Part shown: in pieces, positions 1 to 9,664 of the stretch | Numbering within the stretch: the stretch's first letter is position 1 | Layout of the letters: every line of letters begins with the position of its first letter | DNA from: a phage | DNA: 64,000 bases | Sequence record: OZ335963.1 | Direction: 5' to 3' (one strand) | Notes under the pieces: generated by a model | Database searches by the model: none | Told to the model about the DNA's origin: nothing | What the model saw: the letters and a program-made list of their open reading frames with translations, nothing else | Position numbers and translations under genes: made by a program

Positions 1-20
1 AAGTTTTAGTGTAAATTATA

Positions 21-41
21 AAGGGCCGAAGCCCTTTATTA
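21..41 (-). terminator. Stem-loop GGGC-UUCG-GCCC plus U-run immediately downstream of gene 45
   Basis: Plus aaagggccgaagccctttatt; on the minus transcript this is a C(UUCG)G tetraloop hairpin followed by U residues. Same motif recurs at 4722, 8369, 36031. Confidence 0.6.
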
Positions 42-725
42 AAAATCGTGGGTAGAATCAGCTTCAAGAGCTACTACATAATTCGCATGTTCACCTTCAA
101 ATTTAGCAGCACCTTGTTTACCTTTTGCCCAGAGCAGAAGTTTATAATTTCCTGGTTGCATTTTCATATTTGCCATATTGATAATGAAATTAAATGTATT
201 TTCACCATCATAATCACCAAGAGTCAAAGAATATTTAACACGGGTCAAAGCAGAATCTTCTACTTTGTTAAAACCGTTAATTACGATTTTACCTTCTTTT
301 ACTGTGATAGCAATTGTATCAATCTGCAGACCACGAGATACACGCAACAGCTGTTGAAGGTCTTCAGCTTTAATTTCGGTAACAACAGATGCTACCGGGA
401 ATGGAATTGGTTTATTAGGAGCAACTACTGTACTTGGATCGGCTGCTGGCCAAAAAATTGTTGAACGAGCATCAGCAATTTTAATATTTCCATCTTCTGA
501 CTGGGAAATTTCTGCATCGTCATTAACTAGGGACAGAATACCGAGAAAACCGTTCAAATCGTAAATTGCTACATCAAAATCAATGGTGTCAGAAATATTT
601 GCTTCCGCATAAGTTGTACCATTAACTGCGCGAGTCATAATAAATTGACCGGATTTAAGCATAATACCAGAGTTAATAGTAGCGAAATTTTTAAGCAGAG
701 CAGTAGTATCTTTAGACAGTTTCAT
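39..725 (-). CDS. 45: DNA polymerase sliding clamp gp45
   Basis: 228 aa, MKLSKDTTALLKNFATINSGIMLKSGQFIM... matches T4 gp45 in sequence and length as recalled. Confidence 0.95.
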   Translation of the reverse strand: MKLSKDTTALLKNFATINSGIMLKSGQFIMTRAVNGTTYAEANISDTIDFDVAIYDLNGFLGILSLVNDDAEISQSEDGNIKIADARSTIFWPAADPSTVVAPNKPIPFPVASVVTEIKAEDLQQLLRVSRGLQIDTIAITVKEGKIVINGFNKVEDSALTRVKYSLTLGDYDGENTFNFIINMANMKMQPGNYKLLLWAKGKQGAAKFEGEHANYVVALEADSTHDF

Positions 726-780
726 GTAATTTCCTTCAATTCAAATGAGATTTAATTTTATAACTAATTTAATAAAGCAA

Positions 781-1170
781 TTAACGATTAAAATCGGCAG
801 CAATTGTTTCCGCAACAAGTTGAGCAGCAACAATTAGACGTTCATCTGCATTACCGCAATAATCATCTTCAAGGCGTTCACCACATGAAGTCATAATAAA
901 TTTAGCACCAGCATTTAAAGATTCTGTCGTATGTTTGCGCATTAGTTCAATCCATTTATTGCTTACTTCACGATCGATAGCTTCATAATACGCATGACGA
1001 GCAGGTGCAGATTTAATTTTATTCTGAATAACTTCCATCGCGTTATCAGAAAGAGACAAAACCCATGCTCGACGAATTTTATTTTGATTTTGTGGATTTG
1101 ATTCAGAACGCACGTGTTTTGGCTGAATATCTTTTACATCAACAGTATAATTCACAGTAATTTTAGTCAT
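781..1170 (-). CDS. rpbA: RNA polymerase binding protein RpbA
   Basis: 129 aa, position between 45 and 46 and length match T4 RpbA. Confidence 0.8.
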   Translation of the reverse strand: MTKITVNYTVDVKDIQPKHVRSESNPQNQNKIRRAWVLSLSDNAMEVIQNKIKSAPARHAYYEAIDREVSNKWIELMRKHTTESLNAGAKFIMTSCGERLEDDYCGNADERLIVAAQLVAETIAADFNR

Positions 1171-1179
1171 AATACACCT

Positions 1180-1368
1180 TTAGTCATAATAATCAGTAAC
1201 AGTCCAAGCTTCATTTCTGTTGGACATTATTTTCGTATATTCTGCTTTAAATGCATTCTTAAGCATAGATTCAGTAACTATATGCTCTTCATTAGAAAAA
1301 TTATTTCTCAGAATATATCGTTTTATTTCAGGAATAGTTAATAGATGCTGTCCAGTTGAATATTCCAT
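1180..1368 (-). CDS. Hypothetical small protein (T4 45.2 position)
   Basis: 62 aa ORF between rpbA and 46; syntenic with T4 45.2. Confidence 0.6.
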   Translation of the reverse strand: MEYSTGQHLLTIPEIKRYILRNNFSNEEHIVTESMLKNAFKAEYTKIMSNRNEAWTVTDYYD

Positions 1369-1385
1369 GTTTTTCCTCCATAGAG

Positions 1386-1412
1386 ATTATACTCTAATAA
1401 ATTAAAGCATAA
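1386..1412 (-). promoter_or_regulatory. Candidate MotA-dependent middle promoter upstream of 45.2/rpbA/45
   Basis: Minus strand reads TTATGCTTTAAT (MotA-box-like TGCTTtA) then about 11 nt then TATAAT; T4 middle promoter architecture. Confidence 0.4.
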
Positions 1413-1423
1413 TCTCTTATAAA

Positions 1424-3106
1424 TTAAACCATTACAGTAAATCGACCAACTTTCTTCATTTGAAGATGTTGACCGTATGCTTGCGGGTCATGGTCTCTAT
1501 GTGAAATAACAAAAACATTAGTATTTTTTAAACTATCTAAAATAGTTGAAATAGCTTTTACGCCTTCAACATCGGTTGCTGAATCAAAAACTTCATCAAG
1601 AATTAATGTGTTTATTTTAACACCTGAAACTTTTTCGGCAATATCACGCCAAGTAAATAAAAGAGCAATATCAATTCGTGCTTTTTCACCTTGACTGAAT
1701 GAAGCATAACTAAAATCTTCACGACCACGGGATTTAATTGTCTCATTAAATTCTTCATCTAATGTAAACACATAATCCGCTTCCATTATTTTAAGATAAT
1801 GGTTAATCTGCTTATTAAATAATGGAATGTACTTTTTAATAATAGCACCTTTAATACCAGAATCTTTGAGCATATCAGTCAAAATTCCTCTGTGGTATTT
1901 TTCCATTACTAAATTAGTTTTTGTCTTAACAATTTTATCAAGTTCTTCTTGAAGCAGTGCTATTTCATCAGCATGGTCAATAAACTCGGATGATGCTTTT
2001 TCTATAGCTGCTTTAACTTTTTTAGCTTTATCTACCGTCGTGATTAGAGATTGCTTTTTATTGCGAATATCATTCGCCAACGTCTGCTGGGTTTTAATAT
2101 TATCTCGGTATTCATCAACGAGAACTTTTAAATTATCACGATGTGTTGAAAGCTGTTCAAACGAATGCGTGCATTCAGAAACTTTATCTTTAATTTTAGA
2201 AACAACTTTATCACCGGAACTTAATTGTGACAAACAGGTTGGACATAATCCACCTTCGTGATACATATTAATGACTTTATTATACGAGTCAATTTTTGAT
2301 TTAATTAAAAATGCTTCTTGACCGATTTTATTAAATGCATCAGTGGGGTCTTCATCCAAAACAATATTAACTAATCTTTCATTAGCTTCTTCTATTTCCG
2401 ATTTTAGCGTTCTAGCTTCTTTTGCCAAATCATCATACATATTCTGCAGACGAGTAAGGTTATCACCGGTTAATTTTTTCTGACGTTCAACGTTATCATT
2501 ATATATTTTAATTTGTTGGATAATACTATCTTTTTTAACATCAAGCACTTGGTTTTGTGAATTTAATTCACGTATTAGTGCTTTATTAAGCTTATCCATT
2601 TCAGCTAATGTTCCTACCTCGAGTAGGTCTTCGACAAGCTTTCTTCTTGCAGGAGTGGATAGGCCCATAAAAGGGGTATATCCAGCCGTGCCGAGTACGA
2701 CGATCTGTTTGAAACTGGCGTATGACATTCCGATAAGCTGTTCAAATTCTGCTTGGAAATCTTTACTGCTGGCAGATTCATTAAGACGTGTACCGTTAAC
2801 GGTGATTTCGAAAACATTCGGTTTTTGTCCTCTTTTGATATAGTACTTTTTCTCATCATATTCCATCCACAGTTCAACTAAAAGTTCTTTCTTATTTGTG
2901 CTGTTTATTAATTGACCTTTCTTTACATCACGAAATGGCTTGCCAAAAAGCCCAAATGTGATGGCTTCTAACATAGTAGACTTACCACCGCCATTTCGTC
3001 CAGTAATAAGAGTTTTTTGAACCTTATCTAGTTGAATGTCAATAGGATTTCCACCTACTGACATTATATTTTGATACCTAACTCGGTTTAGTTTAAAATT
3101 CTTCAC
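1424..3106 (-). CDS. 46: Recombination endonuclease subunit gp46 (Rad50/SbcC-like ATPase)
   Basis: 560 aa; Walker A GRNGGGKST; CPTC zinc-hook motif; coiled-coil middle; T4 gp46 is 560 aa. Confidence 0.92.
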   Translation of the reverse strand: MKNFKLNRVRYQNIMSVGGNPIDIQLDKVQKTLITGRNGGGKSTMLEAITFGLFGKPFRDVKKGQLINSTNKKELLVELWMEYDEKKYYIKRGQKPNVFEITVNGTRLNESASSKDFQAEFEQLIGMSYASFKQIVVLGTAGYTPFMGLSTPARRKLVEDLLEVGTLAEMDKLNKALIRELNSQNQVLDVKKDSIIQQIKIYNDNVERQKKLTGDNLTRLQNMYDDLAKEARTLKSEIEEANERLVNIVLDEDPTDAFNKIGQEAFLIKSKIDSYNKVINMYHEGGLCPTCLSQLSSGDKVVSKIKDKVSECTHSFEQLSTHRDNLKVLVDEYRDNIKTQQTLANDIRNKKQSLITTVDKAKKVKAAIEKASSEFIDHADEIALLQEELDKIVKTKTNLVMEKYHRGILTDMLKDSGIKGAIIKKYIPLFNKQINHYLKIMEADYVFTLDEEFNETIKSRGREDFSYASFSQGEKARIDIALLFTWRDIAEKVSGVKINTLILDEVFDSATDVEGVKAISTILDSLKNTNVFVISHRDHDPQAYGQHLQMKKVGRFTVMV

Positions 3107-3366
3107 AAAAGATTCCTTTTAATGTATCTTTTAGACCATTCTATCATATCATCATAATCTAAAAAGTATTCATCAAATTCAGCCATGCAAACAACACCTT
3201 GTGCTGCCTTTGATGTGATATAAATTATTCCAACATATCTAGAATCTTCTTCGGTGTAATCAATATTTGCTATGAATTCATCGTTAATGTCAAATGTCGA
3301 AAACTTCACAGTATGCATCCTTAATACAAGATACAGCCATATCTTGTAATGATTTAGGTGTGTCAT
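3103..3366 (-). CDS. Hypothetical protein (T4 46.1 position)
   Basis: 87 aa ORF; start overlaps the 3' end of the upstream ORF so the true start may be internal. Confidence 0.45.
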   Translation of the reverse strand: MTHLNHYKIWLYLVLRMHTVKFSTFDINDEFIANIDYTEEDSRYVGIIYITSKAAQGVVCMAEFDEYFLDYDDMIEWSKRYIKRNLL

Positions 3367-3553
3367 TATCTAAAATGTTGAAATTAAAAGATACAGCCCA
3401 ATCAGTGCAGACCGTAACCTTTTTAATACAATTATCTTCAACCTCTAGCGGTTCAAACCAATATTCAATAATTTCTTTATGCCCAATATCATCTTTTACT
3501 TCGCATTCAAAATGCTGACTCATCATAACATTTTTAAATTCATCAAAAGTCAT
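3290..3553 (-). CDS. Hypothetical protein (T4 46.2 position)
   Basis: 87 aa ORF; its ATG overlaps the gp47 stop (ATGA junction). Confidence 0.5.
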   Translation of the reverse strand: MTFDEFKNVMMSQHFECEVKDDIGHKEIIEYWFEPLEVEDNCIKKVTVCTDWAVSFNFNILDNDTPKSLQDMAVSCIKDAYCEVFDI

Positions 3554-4569
3554 TGTGTTGCCTCTACATATAACTGATTTGCATATTGAATAAGTGCTTC
3601 GCGGTCAGAATCAGTGATGTCTGGAATTGCATTAATGTATTCTTCCATCAACATCTGAAGAGATTGAACTTCAACTTCTTCACTATCATCTGACTCGACA
3701 GAGTTATCAATCTTTGACACAACTCGTAATGAATGCACAACTTTTTCTAGTTCAGATTCGAACTTCGTTAGATTTTTGTCTACTTCAGTTACTATAACAC
3801 GCACTGATAGATTTGTAAAATCTTTATAGTCAATTTTTCCCTTAAATGGATACTGAATTCGACGATGCCAGGTGGTGTTGTTTGGAATAAATTCCATTCG
3901 TTCTGTTTCTGTATCAAACATCCAGAACCCGCGAGGGTCATTCTCGTCACCTGCAGTTAGTGTCCATGGTGTCCCAATATATCTGACGTTAGCAGCCTCA
4001 GAGATAGTATGGAAGTGACCAGACCACACCTCTTTATAAGTCTTAAGGAAATCAGGTTCAAGACCATGAGATTTCATTCCTTTATAAAAATAAAATCCAT
4101 TCAGTTCCCAGTGACCAACACAAAAAGAAGCAGATGAAGTTTTGATGTGTTCAAGAATTTCACCAGTATTTTCTTCGCACATCCAAGGAATTAAATCAAT
4201 CAAACATCCGTCAAAATCTACTGTAGTAGGCTTATCATATACTTTAACATTAGGATATTTAGCCAAAAGCTCAGTAGAAGCATTTGGAGTTAAAGTATTT
4301 TTAAAGTGCATATCATGGTTTCCTACAACAGTATGTAGGGTAATACCAGCATCATCAAGCATTTGAACTATTTCACGGGCGAATTCCATAGTTTTATGCG
4401 TGATTGCTTTTCGCACATCAAAAATATCGCCGTATTGAATCCATGTAGTAATTCCATTTTTCTTAGAATATTCTATTGCTTGTTTAATTCCATCCAACTG
4501 AATGGATTGAACCCACTCATCATCGGCTTTAACACCTAAATGCCAATCACCTAAATTTAAAATTTTCAT
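3550..4569 (-). CDS. 47: Recombination nuclease subunit gp47 (Mre11/SbcD-like)
   Basis: 339 aa; N-terminal LGDWHLG phosphoesterase motif; T4 gp47 is 339 aa. Confidence 0.92.
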   Translation of the reverse strand: MKILNLGDWHLGVKADDEWVQSIQLDGIKQAIEYSKKNGITTWIQYGDIFDVRKAITHKTMEFAREIVQMLDDAGITLHTVVGNHDMHFKNTLTPNASTELLAKYPNVKVYDKPTTVDFDGCLIDLIPWMCEENTGEILEHIKTSSASFCVGHWELNGFYFYKGMKSHGLEPDFLKTYKEVWSGHFHTISEAANVRYIGTPWTLTAGDENDPRGFWMFDTETERMEFIPNNTTWHRRIQYPFKGKIDYKDFTNLSVRVIVTEVDKNLTKFESELEKVVHSLRVVSKIDNSVESDDSEEVEVQSLQMLMEEYINAIPDITDSDREALIQYANQLYVEATQ

Positions 4570-4721
4570 ATATCAAGAACCGTCATTGAAATGCAAAATA
4601 AAATTATTGAAATAAATCCATCTGGAGTGCTAAAGAACCCAATCCAACATGCTCTAGTGAATAGATAAAATGCGAGAAAAAGTATCACATATCCAAGAAA
4701 TATCATTATATCAAACTCCGT

Positions 4722-4744
4722 ATAAAGCTAAAGGGCCGAAGCCC
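4722..4744 (-). terminator. UUCG-tetraloop hairpin terminator downstream of a-gt
   Basis: Plus aaagggccgaagccctttatt, identical to the hairpin at 21-41. Confidence 0.55.
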
Positions 4745-4745
4745 T

Positions 4746-5948
4746 TTATTTTGTAATAATGTCAAACTGTTCTTTAAAGCAGAAGCTTGAATCTTGATGC
4801 TGATACAAAAATTCATAAGCTTTTTCGCGTTCACGGTCATAAAGATTTCGGTCAGATGACAGTTCTTTAATACGCTCAAATGTTGATTCCATGTCATTTT
4901 CATCAAACCAAACGATACCGCTATCATGAGAAATTAACGGAGTATTATCAACACGGAATTTTAAATTTTCGCCAGTAGATTTCCAAAATACCGGAATTGT
5001 TCCACACGCACCAAGCTCGAGATGAGTATATTCTAAAGAACGTTGTAGATATTTTTTGTCCAACTTACTCAACTGATAACCAAATCCGGATTTACTCATG
5101 CGTTCAAGCATCTCGCTATTTACATAACGGTCAAGAATTTGCGTTGGCAAATTAGGAGCAATTTTAATTTGGTCTACTTGATGAAGACGATAATATTCGT
5201 ATGGAATTCCTTTTTCTTTAATAGGAATGAACGCTGGAGAACGTTCCAGACCTTCCATAATAGTACTTAGCCCAGCAGGTTTAAGATGTTTTTCGTGAAA
5301 ATCAAACATCTGATAAAAACCTTTCCATGTAGTCGTACGACCAATCCAACGGTTGACATTCATGTTAATTTCAGAAACATCTTTCCAGTAGGTTGATCGA
5401 ACCTTCGCAATATCCATAGGAGGCTGAAAGTTGTATACAGTCGGTGCTTCTTCAATATCGTCAAACAGTGAAACAGTTTCTGGATACCATTCTTTCATCA
5501 GAACTTTATTAAAATCACCATTATCAGAATGACTAAAAATAACATCAGCTCGGCGAACAGTTTCTTCTAATCCCAAATTTCGGCGCAAAGAAAGAGAAGA
5601 ATGGTCATGTTGATAAACTACAACACGAACCGAAGGTTTAATGTTATCAATAATTTTTTTATAGTTATTAATAGTGTCTTCTTCGACTGAAGTAGCAGGA
5701 ACTGAATTGATAATTAGAATATCACAATCATTTACCAGCTTAAGTGTTTTATCGTATTCTTTTGCCAATAAAACCGGAATTGAAAATGATTTATAATCAT
5801 GCGCGCAATTACGGGTAAATGATTTATCTTTAGCATAAACCAAAGTTACTTCATGACCATTTTTAATAAACCAATCACGTTGCTCAAGAGAAAATTTAGT
5901 TACGCCACAACCTTCAAGACCTCGAGCCATAAAAATGCATACTTTCAT
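4746..5948 (-). CDS. a-gt: DNA alpha-glucosyltransferase
   Basis: 400 aa; near-identical to the T4 AGT sequence as recalled (IFMARGLEGCGVTKFSLEQRDWFIKNGHEVTLVYAKDKSFTR...). Confidence 0.93.
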   Translation of the reverse strand: MKVCIFMARGLEGCGVTKFSLEQRDWFIKNGHEVTLVYAKDKSFTRNCAHDYKSFSIPVLLAKEYDKTLKLVNDCDILIINSVPATSVEEDTINNYKKIIDNIKPSVRVVVYQHDHSSLSLRRNLGLEETVRRADVIFSHSDNGDFNKVLMKEWYPETVSLFDDIEEAPTVYNFQPPMDIAKVRSTYWKDVSEINMNVNRWIGRTTTWKGFYQMFDFHEKHLKPAGLSTIMEGLERSPAFIPIKEKGIPYEYYRLHQVDQIKIAPNLPTQILDRYVNSEMLERMSKSGFGYQLSKLDKKYLQRSLEYTHLELGACGTIPVFWKSTGENLKFRVDNTPLISHDSGIVWFDENDMESTFERIKELSSDRNLYDREREKAYEFLYQHQDSSFCFKEQFDIITK

Positions 5949-6001
5949 TTAATATCCTCATTGTTTTGGTTTATTTTACCAAAAATTTATAAAGCAATAT
6001 A

Positions 6002-6015
6002 GGAGCCGAAGCTCC
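6002..6015 (-). terminator. UUCG-tetraloop hairpin (GGAGC-UUCG-GCUCC)
   Basis: Plus ggagccgaagctcc; overlaps the stop codon of the small ORF 6015-6188. Confidence 0.4.
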
Positions 6016-6188
6016 TATCCGCATAATACACCATACAGAGGCTCATTAGAGCTTCTAAATTTTATGCGTTTATGTGTTATAGTTCCTTCTGCTTTAGCTT
6101 TATCATGAGACTCTTTAAAGCGTCTCATCATTTCTACTTTAGAGGAACGAATTTTATTATAATCTATTTCACAAGTCTGGGCGTTCAT
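6015..6188 (-). CDS. Hypothetical small protein, 57 aa (below the ORF-track size cutoff)
   Basis: Hand-translated: MNAQTCEIDYNKIRSSKVEMMRRFKESHDKAKAEGTITHKRIKFRSSNEPLYGVLCG; start follows the upstream stop (TGAAAGATG). Confidence 0.4.
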   Translation of the reverse strand: MNAQTCEIDYNKIRSSKVEMMRRFKESHDKAKAEGTITHKRIKFRSSNEPLYGVLCG

Positions 6189-6191
6189 CTT

Positions 6192-6398
6192 TCACAGTTG
6201 CCACCATTTTTTGACTTGATAGGAATCAACCCACACTTTCATATTAGGGTCTGCTCTTACAATAGGAGGATTAACTTCTTTAATTGAACTATCGTGGTAT
6301 TCTTTTTCAGAAATTTTCACACAAAGATGACCATTCAAAGATTCAGTAAATCCTGCATTAATTTTAAGACGCTTGAATTTTACGTGTGTAAGCATCAA
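6192..6398 (-). CDS. Hypothetical protein, 68 aa
   Basis: ORF in the a-gt to 55 interval; overlaps the upstream ORF by about 35 nt. Confidence 0.45.
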   Translation of the reverse strand: MMLTHVKFKRLKINAGFTESLNGHLCVKISEKEYHDSSIKEVNPPIVRADPNMKVWVDSYQVKKWWQL

Positions 6399-6681
6399 TC
6401 ATATCCTCAATCTGCGATCTAGTAGTCTTCCAAAGAATACTAATGAGTTCATCGTTATATGGCTGTTTTAGAATATCCCGACTTTTCTTGATAGCATATT
6501 CGTATTGAGCAAAATTATTGTTTTCAGCTGCAATCTGAGCGTGCTTATAAAGACGGTTCAGTTCGCGTTTGTTTTTAGACAATAACTTATTTGCTTTTCT
6601 TTCTGCTTCAAGACGGTTCTTTTCTTCAAGAGAAGAAATAAGCTTTTCCACTTCATCATTAATTTCGGGTTTATCAGTCAT
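6364..6681 (-). CDS. Hypothetical protein, 105 aa, basic and coiled-coil-like
   Basis: ORF in the a-gt to 55 interval; charged/helical composition. Confidence 0.5.
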   Translation of the reverse strand: MTDKPEINDEVEKLISSLEEKNRLEAERKANKLLSKNKRELNRLYKHAQIAAENNNFAQYEYAIKKSRDILKQPYNDELISILWKTTRSQIEDMIDAYTRKIQAS

Positions 6682-6682
6682 A

Positions 6683-6901
6683 TTATTTCTCTAATATAAA
6701 ATAAAAATCATCATCTGTTAAATGATACCGATAGTTTAATTCTACACCATTAGATTTAAAAGCGGTATCATACGGATTTTCTGGATCAATATCAATGTCA
6801 AGAGCTAAAACTTCCCTGAGATACATTTTAAGTAAATAGGGAATAGCTTCAACTTCAGGTATTTCTTCCAAGAATCCGGAGAGGTTAATCGTTAGCCTCA
6901 T
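6683..6901 (-). CDS. Hypothetical protein, 72 aa
   Basis: ORF immediately downstream of gene 55 on the minus strand. Confidence 0.5.
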
Positions 6902-7442
6902 ATAAAAAATCCAAACTAGGAGAATCGTCTACAACACTTTTCTTTTCAGCCCCCGGTGTTCTATAGGTTGATTCTTCGTAATGCGTCATTTTATCGTAGA
7001 TGTCTTGAATAAAAGTTTCATCTACTAACGCAACCATATCGTCGTCACGACTGTCATAGACATTGTGAACGAAGTAACTATATTTCTTTGCAACTTCCTT
7101 ACGTTCTTTTTTAATACGCTGGACGAATGCATTAAAACAAGCTTGAGTTATATATGCATGTGGGTTTTTATATTTCGTTTCATCAAAATTATGAAGCCCC
7201 TTAATAGAAGCTTCTATACCATCTGCAATCATTTCTTGTTTCCAAGATTGGGTGTATCCTGAAAAGTTGAAACGTTTAGATAAGCCTTCTGCGATAAGCA
7301 TAATGGCTAATCCGATAGTATCATTCTGACGAACTACTTTATTTGGGTCTTTATTATTTGCTAATTCTGTTTTCCAATCAATAATAGCTTGTAAAAGCTC
7401 TTTATTGTTTACGTAATTATATTTAGGCTTAGTTTCTGACAT
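6885..7442 (-). CDS. 55: Late-transcription sigma factor gp55
   Basis: Matches T4 gp55 ([24 protein letters not shown]...), 185 aa from the ATG at 7442; the track ORF begins 2 codons upstream at a GTG. Confidence 0.93.
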
Positions 7443-7520
7443 TTTCACCTCTTAGCTCAATTCATAGATCTATTATATCATAATATTTGAAGATCTATCT
7501 TAAAGCATAGAGGATATCAG

Positions 7521-7790
7521 TTATCTAAGTAAGCAGTATGCTTGGAATACTTTCTCCATCATCTTTTTAAATTCATGAATATCTATATAATGACTAGTTA
7601 AATCAGCATGATATAAAAAGTCTAAAAACTTTTCATGTGTGCTAACATATTCACTTTCATTTAATTCAGAAACATGGCTTTCCCAATATCCAACACCAGT
7701 CTTATTTGGGAAAAATGAAATTTTCATATATTGGTCAACATAGAAAATTCCATAATTTTCAATAGTAATAGAAATATTAATAAATTTCAT
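7521..7790 (-). CDS. Hypothetical protein, 89 aa
   Basis: ORF in the 55 to nrdH interval. Confidence 0.5.
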   Translation of the reverse strand: MKFINISITIENYGIFYVDQYMKISFFPNKTGVGYWESHVSELNESEYVSTHEKFLDFLYHADLTSHYIDIHEFKKMMEKVFQAYCLLR

Positions 7791-8008
7791 ACATTCATCA
7801 ACTTAGCCGCTTCAAGAGCTGCATCTAGTGAATCAAATTGGTCAACGTATTCAATCAATTCGCCGTAATTAGCGTATAACCACCATTGGCTAAATTCATA
7901 CTCAAGGATGAATCCATTTCCTTCAATTTGAGTTAAACCAATGCCGTTTGTATTTACTTCATATCCAGCAAGACGCAAATCGTTAATAAGAGCTTCGTTC
8001 ATATTCAT
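7787..8008 (-). CDS. Hypothetical protein, 73 aa
   Basis: ORF with 4-nt stop/start overlaps on both sides. Confidence 0.5.
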   Translation of the reverse strand: MNMNEALINDLRLAGYEVNTNGIGLTQIEGNGFILEYEFSQWWLYANYGELIEYVDQFDSLDAALEAAKLMNV

Positions 8009-8331
8009 ACCTTAGCAATTTTCAGGTCAGCAAATTTTTTCTTGCGTTGATTTTTCATACGACGAATAGTTTTATCAGAAATTTCATGCTTTTGATAAGC
8101 TTTAGATTCTACACCAAAAGCTTTAACATCAAATTCTGACAAGATATATTGAACCAACAATTCACGGACAGTATTGCGTCCAATCTTCTGATCATTCTGT
8201 TTCATCATCTGATGAAGCTCTTTTTCCCATTTATCCAAAATTTGAGGAGTTACAATATCGCCTTTTTCTAACAAAGAAACTACTTTATCATATGCGTAAG
8301 AATTGATGGCGTTTTTAATTTGAATAGTCAT
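8005..8331 (-). CDS. Hypothetical protein, 108 aa
   Basis: ORF in the 55 to nrdH interval; basic C-terminus. Confidence 0.5.
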   Translation of the reverse strand: MTIQIKNAINSYAYDKVVSLLEKGDIVTPQILDKWEKELHQMMKQNDQKIGRNTVRELLVQYILSEFDVKAFGVESKAYQKHEISDKTIRRMKNQRKKKFADLKIAKV

Positions 8332-8368
8332 ACATTATCCTCAATTACATTAAAATTTTATTATCCAA

Positions 8369-8388
8369 AAAGGGCCGAAGCCCTTAGC
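8369..8388 (-). terminator. UUCG-tetraloop hairpin terminator
   Basis: Plus aaaagggccgaagccctt adjacent to the stop of ORF 8384-8584. Confidence 0.5.
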
Positions 8389-8584
8389 TAAACTTTTTGG
8401 CACCCTTCCAGCCTTCGTACATCATTGCGGCTGATATTAATATTGCTCCTGCGCATTTTGAATATTTGTGATTCCAAAACCAGTTTAGAAAAACTTCGTC
8501 ATCAATACCTTGGGCTATCATATTTTCAAAGAACTGACGACGAGATTCAGCAATTCGTTGCGATAATTTAGATTCAGGATTCAT
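8384..8584 (-). CDS. Hypothetical protein, 66 aa
   Basis: ORF with stop adjacent to a terminator hairpin. Confidence 0.45.
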   Translation of the reverse strand: MNPESKLSQRIAESRRQFFENMIAQGIDDEVFLNWFWNHKYSKCAGAILISAAMMYEGWKGAKKFS

Positions 8585-8716
8585 TTAAATTTTCCAGTTA
8601 CCATTTTCATCAATAAATTTAATCCAGTCATTTACTGACCACTTGGTCGTATCGCCCTTTGGAGCAACATTTAAAGTGTATAATCCTTGTTTAAAAAGCA
8701 TGCGTTTGATATTCAT
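8585..8716 (-). CDS. Hypothetical small protein, about 43 aa
   Basis: Track ORF 8585-8800 overlaps the upstream gene; an internal ATG at 8716 has a GAGGAAAA RBS and follows the upstream stop. Confidence 0.35.
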   Translation of the reverse strand: MNIKRMLFKQGLYTLNVAPKGDTTKWSVNDWIKFIDENGNWKI

Positions 8717-8723
8717 ATTTTCC

Positions 8724-9018
8724 TCAGCTGTAACGATAGCACTCGTTTGATTTACGCTTAGCAACTCGTTGAGAAGTATTGTAATCAAAATCATCGTCAA
8801 TGTAAACTGATTTTTTCAACTTTCTTACTTCACCACGTAATTGACGATTTAGCTCATCTTTAACTTCTGAATCGATGCCTTTCATTCTACGCCATTTATC
8901 AGAGCGAAAAATGTTTTCAACCATATCTTTATGACTTACACCATCAGGAGCTTTACGCTTTCCGAAATAGTCATAATCACGAACTTTCAAGTCTTTACGA
9001 CGATACGTTTTACCCATG
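8724..9018 (-). CDS. Hypothetical basic protein, about 97 aa
   Basis: Track ORF 8724-9062 begins at a GTG; the first ATG (MGKTYRRKDL...) at 9018 overlaps the stop of ORF 9010-9186 (ATGGGTAA). Confidence 0.45.
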
Positions 9019-9186
9019 GAGTTTAATTTCCTTAGCAACTGAACTAAATACAGCACGGTCACAAATCATCTGTTTATTCCATTTAAGTACAGTATAATGA
9101 ACATCTAGATCATCTACTGCTGTAACAATAACAATATGTCCGTTAACACGATAATACTGATCTCTTTTAATCTCTTTATCAACCAT
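9010..9186 (-). CDS. Hypothetical small protein, 58 aa
   Basis: Hand-translated MVDKEIKRDQYYRVNGHIVIVTAVDDLDVHYTVLKWNKQMICDRAVFSSVAKEIKLHG; fills the gap left by the track. Confidence 0.4.
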   Translation of the reverse strand: MVDKEIKRDQYYRVNGHIVIVTAVDDLDVHYTVLKWNKQMICDRAVFSSVAKEIKLHG

Positions 9187-9325
9187 ATCAAATCCTCAAA
9201 GGCAATTCATATGTTAATAATACCACAGTTTGAACTTCCTGTAACAACTTTGTGAAAATTATTTTAGGGAACGATAAGAAGGGAACGATAGCTTAGAATG
9301 GTAATATACAGAATGTGAGAAAGAA

Positions 9326-9343
9326 AGGCCCAGAGGGCCCGTC
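9326..9343 (-). terminator. Hairpin GGCCC-AGA-GGGCC downstream of nrdH
   Basis: Plus aggcccagagggcccgtc adjacent to the nrdH stop at 9344. Confidence 0.4.
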
Positions 9344-9664
9344 TTAATCTTCTATGATATCTCTATCATATCCAAGTGAAATGAGAGTTTCTTTGAAGTG
9401 TTTAATGTTCTTTTGTCTAGAATCATTAATGAAAATGACTGGATAACGAATGTTAAGAGATGTGAATCCAGCGCGTTTAGCAAGAGATACGATTAAAGGA
9501 CGGTCGTATTCAATCTTACCATTATTAGTGAGGACTTTATAAAATGTATAAGGAGCATTGAGCTCCTTTAAAAGTTTTGTAACAGTATAACATCCTGGAC
9601 AACGTCCTACTTCTTCAGGGATGCCATAAATTTCAATCTTGTTCTTTAAGTTCGAGTTTTGTTC
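9344..9664 (-). CDS. nrdH: Glutaredoxin-like protein NrdH
   Basis: Redoxin active site YGIPEEVGRCPGCY; the track ORF (9344-9796) is 5'-extended, and the true start is probably a non-ATG codon near 9664. Confidence 0.6.
   Translation of the reverse strand, partial: EQNSNLKNKIEIYGIPEEVGRCPGCYTVTKLLKELNAPYTFYKVLTNNGKIEYDRPLIVSLAKRAGFTSLNIRYPVIFINDSRQKNIKHFKETLISLGYDRDIIED

Noticed and set aside
48-464. 138-aa plus-strand ORF inside gene 45
   Set aside because: Antisense to the highly conserved sliding-clamp gene; spurious.
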